From Phototrophicaceae bacterium (GTDB taxonomy: Bacteria; Chloroflexota; Anaerolineae; Aggregatilineales; Phototrophicaceae), in NCBI GenBank assembly GCA_965203755.1, contig OZ241910.1, forward strand, positions 1,309,287-1,373,286: a stretch of DNA of 64,000 nucleotides. The letters are read 5' to 3'. Position numbers and translations under genes: made by a program. This document shows, piece after piece, positions 27,617-37,038 of this stretch. The number at the start of each line of letters is the position of its first letter. Positions within the stretch are counted from its first letter, which is position 1. The notes below the pieces were generated by a model. The model searched no databases, was not told the origin of the DNA, and was given only the letters and a program-made list of their open reading frames with translations.

Positions 27617-28465
27617 ATGCCGGATTTGTCGGTGGTGATTGTCAATTACAACACGCGCGACCTGCTGCGGAACTGTCTGCGTTCGCTGCGCGCCAGCGTC
27701 GGACTCGCGCTTGAGGTCATCGTGGTCGATAACGCCTCATCTGACCAGAGCGCCGACATGGTTCGGGACGAATTTCCCGAAGCGCTTTTGCTGGCGCAGC
27801 CCCAAAACACCTGGTACTGCGGCGGGAACAACATTGGCATCAGCCGCGCCAGCGCCGATTATGTGCTGCTGTTAAATCCCGATACCGTCGTCGCGCCGCC
27901 GGCTTTGGCGCGGATGCGGCGCTTCCTGATGAACAGGCCTGATTTTGCGGGCGTCACCGCACAGATGCGCTATCCCGATGGCCGCATTCAGCATACCTGT
28001 TCCAAAATCCCCGGCTATCGCAGCCTGATGCTGGATTATACTGTGCTTGGCTGCCTGTTCCCGACAGCGAAAAACCGCATCCACGCCGACTTGTTCTATG
28101 CCGATTGGGACCGCCGCAGCAGCCGCGGCGTCGAGGTGATTCCCGGCTCTTGCATGCTGATGCGCCGCCAGGACATTCGGCTGGACGATGACCTGCTGCT
28201 TTATTTTCCCGAAGACGCGCTGGCGCAAAGCCATCGGCGGCCGGCGTATTTTCTGGCGGATGCCAAAGTTGAACACCATGAAAAATCCTCCACTCGAACG
28301 CGGCTCGCCACGACTGTATTCTTCCGCGATATGTCGGTCTACTGCCGCAAGCGGTACGGCATCTTGCCCATGCTGCTGCTGTGGTGCTTGAGCCGGCCGG
28401 TGTATTGGGCGATGTGGCTGAAAAACCGGCAAGCCGCCGCCAGCCATATTCCAAGACCAACATAG
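27617..28465 (+). CDS. glycosyltransferase family 2
   Basis: LSVVIVNYNTRDLL...VVDNASSDQS...LLNPDT are GT2 motifs. Confidence 0.85.
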   Translation: MPDLSVVIVNYNTRDLLRNCLRSLRASVGLALEVIVVDNASSDQSADMVRDEFPEALLLAQPQNTWYCGGNNIGISRASADYVLLLNPDTVVAPPALARMRRFLMNRPDFAGVTAQMRYPDGRIQHTCSKIPGYRSLMLDYTVLGCLFPTAKNRIHADLFYADWDRRSSRGVEVIPGSCMLMRRQDIRLDDDLLLYFPEDALAQSHRRPAYFLADAKVEHHEKSSTRTRLATTVFFRDMSVYCRKRYGILPMLLLWCLSRPVYWAMWLKNRQAAASHIPRPT

Positions 28466-28534
28466 TCGCACAAGGCGGCAAAACATGGTAAGATTTGACA
28501 TAATGCGTCCAGCCAGCCGGCGAGAAAAATCAAT

Positions 28535-29266
28535 ATGCGAATTCTAATCATCTCGGATATTCATGCCAATTACACAGCTTTCGAAGCCGTCTTGCGGCAC
28601 AGCGGCGGCGATTGGGATTTTGTCTGGTGTTTGGGGGATGTGGTCGGCTATGGACCCGACCCCAATGAATGCGTCGAGCGGCTGAAAACCCTGCCGCAGC
28701 TGTGTTTGGCCGGCAACCATGACTGGGCGGCGCTGGACCGGCTGGACACGCGCACCTTTAACCCCGACGCCCGCCATGCGGTTGAATGGACGCGGAAAAC
28801 CCTGACCGCGCAAAACACAAAATTTCTGGAGGACTTGCCGGTAACCTTTGTCATCGGGGACTATACCCTAGTTCATGCCAGCCCGCGCGAGCCGATTTGG
28901 GAATACATCCTAGAGCCTTTGGTGGCGGCGTTGAACTTCCCGCACTTTGAAACGCCGTACTGCTTTGTTGGTCATACCCACCAGCCCGTGATTTATACCC
29001 TGATGGATGAAGACGGCGAGGCGCAGGCTTCCCCGCCGCGATACAGCCAGCCGCATTCCCTCAATAGCAAGCGGCAGATTATCAATCCCGGCAGCATCGG
29101 GCAGCCGCGCGACCAGAATCCAGATGCCGCCTATGGCATCCTCGATATGACCAGCGGCGTCTTTGAGCATCGCCGCATCCCATACGACATCAAAGACGTC
29201 CAAAGCCGAATGCAGGCGCACAGCTTGCCCAAGCGGCTCATCAGCCGTTTGGAGCACGGATTATAA
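28535..29266 (+). CDS. metallophosphoesterase family protein
   Basis: MRILIISDIHAN, GDVVGYGP, GNHD and GHTH motifs. Confidence 0.85.
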   Translation: MRILIISDIHANYTAFEAVLRHSGGDWDFVWCLGDVVGYGPDPNECVERLKTLPQLCLAGNHDWAALDRLDTRTFNPDARHAVEWTRKTLTAQNTKFLEDLPVTFVIGDYTLVHASPREPIWEYILEPLVAALNFPHFETPYCFVGHTHQPVIYTLMDEDGEAQASPPRYSQPHSLNSKRQIINPGSIGQPRDQNPDAAYGILDMTSGVFEHRRIPYDIKDVQSRMQAHSLPKRLISRLEHGL

Positions 29267-29303
29267 TTGCCCTCATGCACACAGAACAGGCATAAGCAAA
29301 GCC

Positions 29304-29993
29304 ATGTCAAGCGAACTTAGCAGCAAGATGCGCGCCTATCTGGCAGAAATCTATCGGCTGGTGGACCGTCAGCCGGAATCAGTGGCTTATGTCGGCACCT
29401 CGAAACTTGCTGACCTGCTGTTTGTCAGCCAGCCGGCGGTCAACCGCATGGTCAGCAAACTCAATCAGCTGGGGCTGCTGAATCATGTGCCGTATCAAGG
29501 CATCGCCATGACCGACAAAGGGCGCATTGAAGCCCTGAAACACATCCGCCGTCAGCGAATCGCCGAAGTTTTTTTGGTGCGGGTCATGGGCATTAGCTGG
29601 CTTCATGTCTACGGCGAGGCACAGCGCCTTAGCGGCGGCCTCAGCGAACGGGTCGCCAAACGCATGTATGCGATGAGCGGCAAACCAGCCTTCTGCCCGC
29701 ATGGCGAACCCATCCCGAATGAGCACGGCTTCGTCAAGCCGATGCAAGACCGGTTATTGGCACAGGTCAAAGCCGGGCAGACCGTCCGCATCAGCCGCTT
29801 GATTACCCGCGAATTGGACCGTTTGCAGTACATCGGCGCCCTGGGCTTAACCCCCAGCAGCATCTGCGCCGTCATTCATGTGGCGCCATTTAATGGCCCG
29901 ATGCAAATCAAGCTGGATCGAGAATACCGCATTATCGGCAACAGCCTGGCGCGCTTGATTCGGGTACAGGAAATGGACGCAATGGCATCTTGA
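29304..29993 (+). CDS. DtxR/MntR-family metal-dependent transcriptional regulator
   Basis: YLAEIYRL...VSQPAVNRMVSKL (HTH), a dimerisation/metal site region and a C-terminal FeoA/SH3-like segment. Confidence 0.8.
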   Translation: MSSELSSKMRAYLAEIYRLVDRQPESVAYVGTSKLADLLFVSQPAVNRMVSKLNQLGLLNHVPYQGIAMTDKGRIEALKHIRRQRIAEVFLVRVMGISWLHVYGEAQRLSGGLSERVAKRMYAMSGKPAFCPHGEPIPNEHGFVKPMQDRLLAQVKAGQTVRISRLITRELDRLQYIGALGLTPSSICAVIHVAPFNGPMQIKLDREYRIIGNSLARLIRVQEMDAMAS

Positions 29994-30054
29994 GCCCGAT
30001 GCCCTTTGCCTTCATAATATGCGGCGAATATCATCGGCGGCCCGAGGCAAAACC

Positions 30055-30633
30055 ATGAAAATCGGCGTACTCGCCCTGCAAGGCGCATTTATTGAACACA
30101 TTCAAATGCTGGAGCAGCTTGGCATGGAGACGGCCGAGGTGCGCCTGCCGCCGCATTTGGAGGGCCTGCATGGCTTGATTATCCCTGGCGGCGAAAGCAC
30201 CACCATCGGCAAGCTGGCGGTCTCTTATGGCCTGATTGAACCCTTGCGCCAATTCGTCAAAGCGAAGCCCGCTTGGGGCACCTGCGCCGGCATGATCTTT
30301 TTGGCAAAGGACATCGGCAGCGATGAACAGCCCATCCTGGCGGCGATGGATATTCAAGTCAATCGCAATGCCTTCGGGCGGCAGATCGACAGCTTTGAAA
30401 CCGACTTGAGCGTCAAGGGGCTGCCCGGCGAGCCCTTTCATGCGGTGTTTATCCGCGCGCCGGTCGTCACCCAAGCCGATGTGCATGTCAACGTCCTGGC
30501 GCGCCTGGCGGACGGGCGCATCGCCGCCGTTCAGCAGGGTCATTTGCTGGCAACCGCATTTCACCCGGAATTAACCGCCGATTTAAGGCTTCATGCCTAT
30601 TTTTGCGATATAGTAACAAAGACCGCAAGCTAA
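30055..30633 (+). CDS. pdxT: pyridoxal 5'-phosphate synthase glutaminase subunit PdxT
   Basis: MKIGVLALQGAFIEH, GGESTTI, GTCAGMI and FHPELT are hallmark PdxT motifs. Confidence 0.9.
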   Translation: MKIGVLALQGAFIEHIQMLEQLGMETAEVRLPPHLEGLHGLIIPGGESTTIGKLAVSYGLIEPLRQFVKAKPAWGTCAGMIFLAKDIGSDEQPILAAMDIQVNRNAFGRQIDSFETDLSVKGLPGEPFHAVFIRAPVVTQADVHVNVLARLADGRIAAVQQGHLLATAFHPELTADLRLHAYFCDIVTKTAS

Positions 30634-31194
30634 GTGAGACCGGGAGACGCCGCTATGGCATTCAGCCAGGATATCCATTGGGACGCCGAGCAGCCTGATG
30701 ACGATAAGGAAGACACGGCATCGGCATTGATGGATTTGATGATGAACGATCTTGGGGATGCCCTGTCGGGCCTCGATGACATTGAAGAGCCATCCCCCGA
30801 AGACCTTGCCAAACTGGACGACGAGTTTGAGCTTGAGGCCGAAGCGCCGCTGGCATTGCTGCCGGCGTTTGAAGAGCCAGAGTTGGTCTCGCTGGAAGGC
30901 CTTGATGACATCAATGAGCTTGACGAGCTTGATGAGCTCGATGAGCTCGATGAGATGGACGATGAGCAGCTTGCTGACGTGGACGACTTCATTGACCAGG
31001 TGGCGGCCGGCAATTATATGGATATTGACAGCGAAGAACTCAATGATGAGGGCTATGATCTGGACGAAGCCGATGATATCGACGACTATCATGCGCTCTA
31101 TGGCGCCGATGACAGCATCATTCCCTCATTCCGCGACGAGGATTTGGATAACGATGATGAAGGCGCCGTCGCGTTTTATGACGACCTGCGCTAA
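30634..31194 (+). CDS. extremely acidic hypothetical protein
   Basis: About 69 D/E versus 4 K/R in the 179 aa from ATG 30655 (my count), with ELDELDELDELDEMDDE runs. GTG 30634 or ATG 30655 may be the start. Confidence 0.5.
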   Translation: MRPGDAAMAFSQDIHWDAEQPDDDKEDTASALMDLMMNDLGDALSGLDDIEEPSPEDLAKLDDEFELEAEAPLALLPAFEEPELVSLEGLDDINELDELDELDELDEMDDEQLADVDDFIDQVAAGNYMDIDSEELNDEGYDLDEADDIDDYHALYGADDSIIPSFRDEDLDNDDEGAVAFYDDLR

Positions 31195-31209
31195 TTCGGA
31201 GCAGCCGGC

Positions 31210-31923
31210 ATGGATGGCATAATTATGGCGGCGGGCAAGGGCCGCCGAATGCGCCCGCTGACATTGAATACCCCCAAACCCCTGCTAAGCCTGCAAGGCC
31301 GTCCTATCCTCGCCTGGTCATTGATGAGCCTGCACGGGATCGTTGACCGGCTGCTGGTCGCCGTCAGCTATCTGAAAGCCCAAATCGAAGCCTTTATGGC
31401 GCGTCAAACCCTGTTTGCAGCTTATACATTGGTCGAGCAGCTGCCCCAGCCCTTGGGCACCGGGCACGCGCTGCAATGCTGTCAGGATCATCTCCAAAGC
31501 GACGATTTTCTGGTCGTGAACGGCGATGACCTCTACAGTCATGCCGCCCTGCGTCAGCTTAGCCAGCAGAAATTGGGCATCCTGTCGATGCTCAAAGACA
31601 GCTATGGCGGCTATGGCGTCATCCGGCGCAGCGAACAGGGGCATTTCATCGGCATCGACGAAAAGCCGCCCCAAGACCGATTCCGCCCGCCGGCCGCCTG
31701 CAATACCGGCGCTTACAAGCTGACGGCCGCGGTGTTTGATTACACCTTGGAAAAATCGCCGCGCGGTGAATATGAGATTAGCGATTATGTGAGTCAGGCA
31801 GCCCAGCATCAAGCCGTCGCGGTGATTGATTCTCCTTTTTGGCTGCCGATTGGCAATCCCGCCGCCCTGCATGAGGCGCAGTCGGTGGACATCCGCCGCT
31901 GGATTCCCGAACGCGAACCATAA
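31210..31923 (+). CDS. sugar-phosphate nucleotidyltransferase
   Basis: IIMAAGKGRRMRPLTLNTPKPLL is the NTP_transferase signature. Confidence 0.8.
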   Translation: MDGIIMAAGKGRRMRPLTLNTPKPLLSLQGRPILAWSLMSLHGIVDRLLVAVSYLKAQIEAFMARQTLFAAYTLVEQLPQPLGTGHALQCCQDHLQSDDFLVVNGDDLYSHAALRQLSQQKLGILSMLKDSYGGYGVIRRSEQGHFIGIDEKPPQDRFRPPAACNTGAYKLTAAVFDYTLEKSPRGEYEISDYVSQAAQHQAVAVIDSPFWLPIGNPAALHEAQSVDIRRWIPEREP

Positions 31924-32016
31924 ACCAAGCTGCATGGACAAGGCTTGGAAGCGCCGGGCAGATATGCGACAATGGGCTTGTACTATTTTTCACAATAGGG
32001 AGAATTGGCAATCAGC

Positions 32017-32625
32017 ATGATTCGCATCACCTATTCGACAGCGCAGCGGCGGCTCGCCGAGCGAATCCGCGATGATTTGGCTAACCAAGCCGCGCCGCCG
32101 GTCTTGCTGGTGCTGGTCTCGCCGCAATCCAACAGCGATCCGGCGGTACAGGCGGAAATCAGGCGCGCGCGGCAAACGCGCATCCACATCATCCCGATTC
32201 TGGCAGAACCCACCGCGCTGCCAGAGTCGCTGGATGGCTGCAAAGCGCTCAATTTTGCCGCCGGCTACAGCCGCGAGCGTCTGTGGCGGCGTTTGTCGCA
32301 GGCGGCGATGACCTCGGCCGATGTCCGCCAGGCAAACCGCCGCGCCCTGATGGTGATCGGCGGCATCGCCTTGTTGATGTTTGGGCTGGCGATTATCGGC
32401 CTGATGAGCGGCCAGGTCGCCTTCCCAGTGGATGAATACAACGAGGAAGCCACCTTTCAGGCGCAGTGGATCCACGGCATGATTGGGGAAACCCTAGCCT
32501 TCGCGCAGCCGCGCAGCGCCGATGACGCCATCCATTTCGAGGCGACCCTGCAAGCCGCGCCGACCCGCCTGCTCCTCTATATTCGCGAGACGGCCACCGC
32601 GATGCCCAGCATGCAGGAGGAATAA
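32017..32625 (+). CDS. TIR-like domain membrane protein (tentative)
   Basis: IRITYS...AERIRDDL...LLVLVSPQSNSDPAVQAEI...IIPIL resembles TIR_2 layout. It is followed by one TM helix. The stop overlaps the next ATG (TAATG). Confidence 0.4.
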   Translation: MIRITYSTAQRRLAERIRDDLANQAAPPVLLVLVSPQSNSDPAVQAEIRRARQTRIHIIPILAEPTALPESLDGCKALNFAAGYSRERLWRRLSQAAMTSADVRQANRRALMVIGGIALLMFGLAIIGLMSGQVAFPVDEYNEEATFQAQWIHGMIGETLAFAQPRSADDAIHFEATLQAAPTRLLLYIRETATAMPSMQEE

Positions 32626-33854
32626 TGCCCACCGCAGACGTGCTTGTCATCGGCGCTGGACCAGCCGGCATCAACGCTGCCTATGCGCTGCGGCAAGCCG
32701 GGCTGGAATACCGCGTCATTGACCGCGCAGCGACACTGGCGCCAACCTGGAGCAGCCTGTATCCATCGCTCCGTTTGAATACATCGCGCTTCTTCAGCCA
32801 CTTTCCCGAACGCAGATTCCCGCTGCATTATGGACTGTTCCCATCGGCGAAGCAGTATCACAGCTATCTGGTGAAGTGGGTCCATGACCAGGATTTGCAG
32901 ATTGACTTTGGTCTGGATGTCTATCGAGTGGCGCCGCGTGCGGATGGCCTGTGGCAGGTCGAAACCAGCGCCGGCATGGAAAGCTATCGGGCGGTCATAC
33001 CGGCGACCGGCGTGTTCAATAACCCCCAAATGCCCGCGATTGAAGGGATGGAGAGCTTCGCCGGCGATATGATGCACTCCAGCGACTTCCGCCATCCCCA
33101 TCAAGTCAAGGGCAAGCGGGTCATGGTCGTCGGCAATGGCCCCAGCGGCGCCGACATTTCCGTCGCCGTCGGGCCAGTGGCGGCCGATGGATTCGCTTAT
33201 CTGGCGATACGAACCGGGGTCGATTTGCGCCCGCGCTATCCTTATGGGCTGCCCCGTCACGCCTGGATGCTGCTGGGAAGTTATCTGCCAGATAAAATTT
33301 GTCAATGGATTCAGCGGCAGACGGAATCCATCAAATACAATACAGCCGACCTTGACGTCTGGGAAGCGCCGCCCAACACCGGCAGCGCCGTCGCCTATCG
33401 CGGCCCCGAACTCTTGAATGCCTTGCGCGCGGGGCAGGTCAAAGCCATGCCGCATCCGATCCGTTTTGATACGAAAGGCGCCGAACTGGCGGACGGCAGC
33501 TATCTGGAACTAGATGCGGTGATTATGGCGACTGGATTCCTGCCGGTCTTGCATCAGTACCTTGATATTGACATGCAGTTCAGCCGTGAGATGGCTTATC
33601 CCGCCGCCGGCTGTGATTGGGACATCGGCCCAAACGGCGTGCGCGGCTGGCCTTTGCGCGATGTCAGCCGGCATCCGAATGGTCGGCAAGCGCTGGGGCA
33701 TGAGGGTTTGTATCTGGTTGGGGTTTTTTACAAGGGGCGCGGCGCGTTTTATAATATGACCGTTGAAGCCGCCATCGCCGCCGAACAAATCACCGAGCAG
33801 CTTGCCCGGCGGCAATATGTCGGCGTTGCTGTGGATGCGGCGATGGGCGATTAG
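32625..33854 (+). CDS. flavin-containing monooxygenase-like NAD(P)/FAD-dependent oxidoreductase
   Basis: Two dinucleotide-binding motifs, VIGAGPAG and VVGNGPSG, in FMO-like spacing. Confidence 0.8.
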   Translation: MPTADVLVIGAGPAGINAAYALRQAGLEYRVIDRAATLAPTWSSLYPSLRLNTSRFFSHFPERRFPLHYGLFPSAKQYHSYLVKWVHDQDLQIDFGLDVYRVAPRADGLWQVETSAGMESYRAVIPATGVFNNPQMPAIEGMESFAGDMMHSSDFRHPHQVKGKRVMVVGNGPSGADISVAVGPVAADGFAYLAIRTGVDLRPRYPYGLPRHAWMLLGSYLPDKICQWIQRQTESIKYNTADLDVWEAPPNTGSAVAYRGPELLNALRAGQVKAMPHPIRFDTKGAELADGSYLELDAVIMATGFLPVLHQYLDIDMQFSREMAYPAAGCDWDIGPNGVRGWPLRDVSRHPNGRQALGHEGLYLVGVFYKGRGAFYNMTVEAAIAAEQITEQLARRQYVGVAVDAAMGD

Positions 33855-33858
33855 GACA

Positions 33859-34659
33859 TCAGGGCTGATTTGCCCTTTGTTTTATCCCCCACAGCGCATA
33901 GTTCAATTTATCAATTCGCTTATCGATGATATCGCAATAGACGGGATTCAACTCAAAGCCAATACATTTTCTATCAGAACCCAAGCAAGCCGCTATGGTT
34001 GTTCCCGAACCGCAAAATGGGTCTAACACCATGCCATTCGGCGGACAGCTTGCCTTGACCATTCTTTCGATAATCTCCAAGGGCTTTTGCGTCGGATGAT
34101 CTTCGCGCTCTTTATGCTGACGGTGCAGGCGCGAAACACTCCACACATCTTTTGGATTGCAGCCCTTCTCCAGCCACTTGCTGCCGACAAAGACAGCCCG
34201 CGTTCTTGCCTTTTTTGTCTGCTCGTCATACGGGATTCGCACCGCGTCAATGTCAAAATAGTAATTTTTGCTTAGGGCAAAATAGCCGATGGTGTCATGC
34301 ACCGACGAAAACCGTCGGGTCGACCCGCCCATGCTGGGGACGCGCCGGTCCCAAATAATTTCATTGATCATCATTAACTTTTTCTTCATAAAATAGAATA
34401 TCTCCGGCGAGCGCCGCCAGGTCGCGAAGATGTACAGGCTGCCGGTTTTCTTTAACTTGGGGATAACCAGATCGACCCATTCGATTGTCCAGTCCACCAG
34501 TTCTTCAGCGCTTTTCATATCCGAATCATTGCCATAATCTTTCCCCAATCCGTATGGCGGATCGGCAATCACAAGGTCAACTGATTCATCGGGTATCAGA
34601 TGGGCATGGGACAAGAAATCCTTGTTGTGCAGTTCGTATGTCATCATAGGCTGATACAC
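33859..34659 (-). CDS. site-specific DNA methyltransferase, beta class, orphan, low-GC
   Basis: VIADPPYGL (IV), HPTQKPLEIIERMV and LDPFCGSGTT (I). GC is visibly below the flanks. Confidence 0.85.
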   Translation of the reverse strand: MYQPMMTYELHNKDFLSHAHLIPDESVDLVIADPPYGLGKDYGNDSDMKSAEELVDWTIEWVDLVIPKLKKTGSLYIFATWRRSPEIFYFMKKKLMMINEIIWDRRVPSMGGSTRRFSSVHDTIGYFALSKNYYFDIDAVRIPYDEQTKKARTRAVFVGSKWLEKGCNPKDVWSVSRLHRQHKEREDHPTQKPLEIIERMVKASCPPNGMVLDPFCGSGTTIAACLGSDRKCIGFELNPVYCDIIDKRIDKLNYALWGIKQRANQP

Positions 34660-34777
34660 TCTGACTTTTCTTTCAGACTATCCCGCTAATTTAGCAGCAT
34701 ACAGACCAACAGCTGATTTTGCAATTTACTGTCGAGCGTCGGGTTAGTATCGGACTATCCGACTGAAACGCCGTCAA

Positions 34778-35428
34778 TCAGTCCCGATGTTTGACCTCTT
34801 CCATGAAATGCCAGTCTTTCGAGTGTTCTTCGACCAGATAAATGCCTGGAACCGAGATAAGCCCGACGGCAAGCCGCGCCACCGTCGCCGTCGCAAACAG
34901 CGGCGCCATCTCCTCCAGCGACATCAGACCGGCGAAAGCCAAAAGCAAAAACAGAAGCCGGTCGGCCGGGATGCTGATGACATTGCTCAACAGCGCCCGC
35001 CCCCACTGCTTCCGCTGTCCATAGCGTTTCTTCCACCAAGTGTACAACTCGGTATCCAACAGTTGAGAGACAACCGTCGCCGCAACCGCCGCCAGCAGAA
35101 AACGCCAGTCGGTTTGCAGCAGTTCGCCCAAAACCGTCTGCTCTTCAGCCGTCATTTCGGGCGGCAGCTGTGAAATCAGCCAGAAAAAGCCCTGCGTCAG
35201 CAGATAGATGAGGGCCGAGGTGATGATAATCGTCCGCGCCACATTCGGGCCAGCCAGCTTGTGCGCCATATCGCGCAGGGTGAACGTGAGCGGATAAACC
35301 AGCGTGAAGGCATTAAAGCTCAAGCCGGCAATCGCCAAACCGCGCAGGCTGGTGATATCGGCAAGCATCTGCGCCGCAACATACATCACGCAGACAACAA
35401 TCAGCACATGCAAGTTTCGGATTCTCAT
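34778..35428 (-). CDS. yhhQ: queuosine-precursor transporter, VUT/YhhQ family
   Basis: Polytopic protein with YPLTFTLRDM and the overall DUF165/YhhQ pattern. TATAAT lies at 35457..35462 on the minus strand upstream. Confidence 0.7.
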   Translation of the reverse strand: MRIRNLHVLIVVCVMYVAAQMLADITSLRGLAIAGLSFNAFTLVYPLTFTLRDMAHKLAGPNVARTIIITSALIYLLTQGFFWLISQLPPEMTAEEQTVLGELLQTDWRFLLAAVAATVVSQLLDTELYTWWKKRYGQRKQWGRALLSNVISIPADRLLFLLLAFAGLMSLEEMAPLFATATVARLAVGLISVPGIYLVEEHSKDWHFMEEVKHRD

Positions 35429-35483
35429 GGTTCGCCCCCGATAAACAGACACCCGCATTATAACAAAACGCCGGCGAGTCTAG

Positions 35484-36047
35484 TCAGGGATTCTTGCCGT
35501 TCCGCTCGCGGTCAAGGAGAGCTTGCTTGCGGTCGATCCCCCAGCGATACCCGCCCAGGCCTTGATCCTGGCGAATAACGCGATGGCAGGGAATCACCAG
35601 CGCGGCCGGATTGCTGGCGCAGGCGCGGGCGACGGCGCGGCTGGCCTTCGGCTGGCCAATGGCGGCGGCAACCTCGCTGTAGCTGCGCGTTTCGCCAACG
35701 GGTATCTGCCGCAGCTGCCGCCAGACCTTGATTTGGAAAGCGGTTGCCTGAATATCCAGCGGCAAATCAAGCGGCGGCTGCCCGGCTTCCAGATAAGCGA
35801 TGATCTGCTCGACCCAACAGCCCAGCCTCTCATCATCCCGAATCCGTTCAGCCTTTGCGAATTCGGCTGCCATCTCCGCCGTCAGCGTTTCGGCGCTGGC
35901 CCCCAGGCTGACTTTGCAGATGCCGCGTTCGGTCACGGCCACCAGCAGCTGTCCCAGCGGACAGGGGCGAACGCTATAGAAAATCTTCGCGCTTTTTTTA
36001 AGCATCCCGGTCGTCTTGTCAATCGGTACCTGTTGGATATAGGGCAT
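35484..36047 (-). CDS. ogt: methylated-DNA--protein-cysteine methyltransferase
   Basis: Active-site PCHRVI and a C-terminal GGYRWG motif. Confidence 0.85.
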   Translation of the reverse strand: MPYIQQVPIDKTTGMLKKSAKIFYSVRPCPLGQLLVAVTERGICKVSLGASAETLTAEMAAEFAKAERIRDDERLGCWVEQIIAYLEAGQPPLDLPLDIQATAFQIKVWRQLRQIPVGETRSYSEVAAAIGQPKASRAVARACASNPAALVIPCHRVIRQDQGLGGYRWGIDRKQALLDRERNGKNP

Positions 36048-36093
36048 AAGACCGCCGCGCTAAAATAATACAGGGGCTTGAATGCAGCCTTAT

Positions 36094-37026
36094 TTATGAT
36101 TTATGCAGGCGCGGATCAAGCGCGTCCCGCAGACCGTCGCCAATGAAGTTGACGCATAACACCGTCAGCGAAATCAGCATACCAGGCCAGAACACCAGCG
36201 TCCAGGTAATGGTCAGATAATCTTTGCCATCAAAGAGCAGACGCCCCCAAGTTGGAAAATCGGGCGGGAAGCCCAGCCCCAGAAACGACAGCGCCGATTC
36301 GGTAATGATGGCGCTGGCGATGCTGAATGTCGCCGCCACAATCACCGGACTCAGCACATTCGGCAGGATATGGTAGCGGACGATGCGGCGGTTTTGCGCG
36401 CCCAGGGCGTTGGCGGCGGTGATGAACTCGCGCGATTTGACCGTCAGCACCTCGCCGCGCACCAAACGCGCCGTCGGCATCCATTGCAGCCCGCCGATGA
36501 TGATCATCATCAGAATGAAGACGCCGCCTTCAGGCCCAAAGGCGGCTCTCAGCGTCTCGCGGAAGAGCGTCGACAAGACCAGCAGAAGCGGCAGCTGCGG
36601 CAGCGAGAGAAAAATGTCGGTCATCCGCATCAGGGGATCATCAAGCCGGGCAAAGTATCCTGAAAGCAGGCCAATCACTGTGCCGATGGAAATCGATAGC
36701 ATCATCGCCGATACGCCAATCGCCAGCGAGACTCGCCCGCCCTGCAAGGCGCGTGCCAGGGTGTCGCGGCCGAGGTTGTCTGTCCCCCAGGGATGCTCCG
36801 GCGAGGAAACCTGATAGTCGTCGATGATGTCAATATAGGTTGGGTCAAGCGTCCAGAAGGCCGGTCCGATGAGGACGCCAAGCACGATGACGGCCAGCAC
36901 GCCGACAGCGATGATCGCCAGCCGATGACGGCGGAACTGGCGCCAGGTATCGCCCACAAAGGTGCGGGGCTTCTGCATCTGCGCCGCGTCGACGTCCATT
37001 CGCTTGATTTTCACTGTTGAAGTCAT
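36094..37026 (-). CDS. peptide/nickel ABC transporter permease (DppC/OppC-like)
   Basis: BPD-type permease with the N-terminal OppC-like extension. Confidence 0.85.
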   Translation of the reverse strand: MTSTVKIKRMDVDAAQMQKPRTFVGDTWRQFRRHRLAIIAVGVLAVIVLGVLIGPAFWTLDPTYIDIIDDYQVSSPEHPWGTDNLGRDTLARALQGGRVSLAIGVSAMMLSISIGTVIGLLSGYFARLDDPLMRMTDIFLSLPQLPLLLVLSTLFRETLRAAFGPEGGVFILMMIIIGGLQWMPTARLVRGEVLTVKSREFITAANALGAQNRRIVRYHILPNVLSPVIVAATFSIASAIITESALSFLGLGFPPDFPTWGRLLFDGKDYLTITWTLVFWPGMLISLTVLCVNFIGDGLRDALDPRLHKS

Positions 37027-37038
37027 AATCTGTCACAT

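Noticed and set aside
35429-35483. Possible preQ1 riboswitch upstream of the YhhQ-type queuosine-precursor transporter.
   Set aside because: Only about 30 nt lie between the TATAAT and the start codon. There is no P1 hairpin plus A-rich tail resembling preQ1-I, -II or -III.
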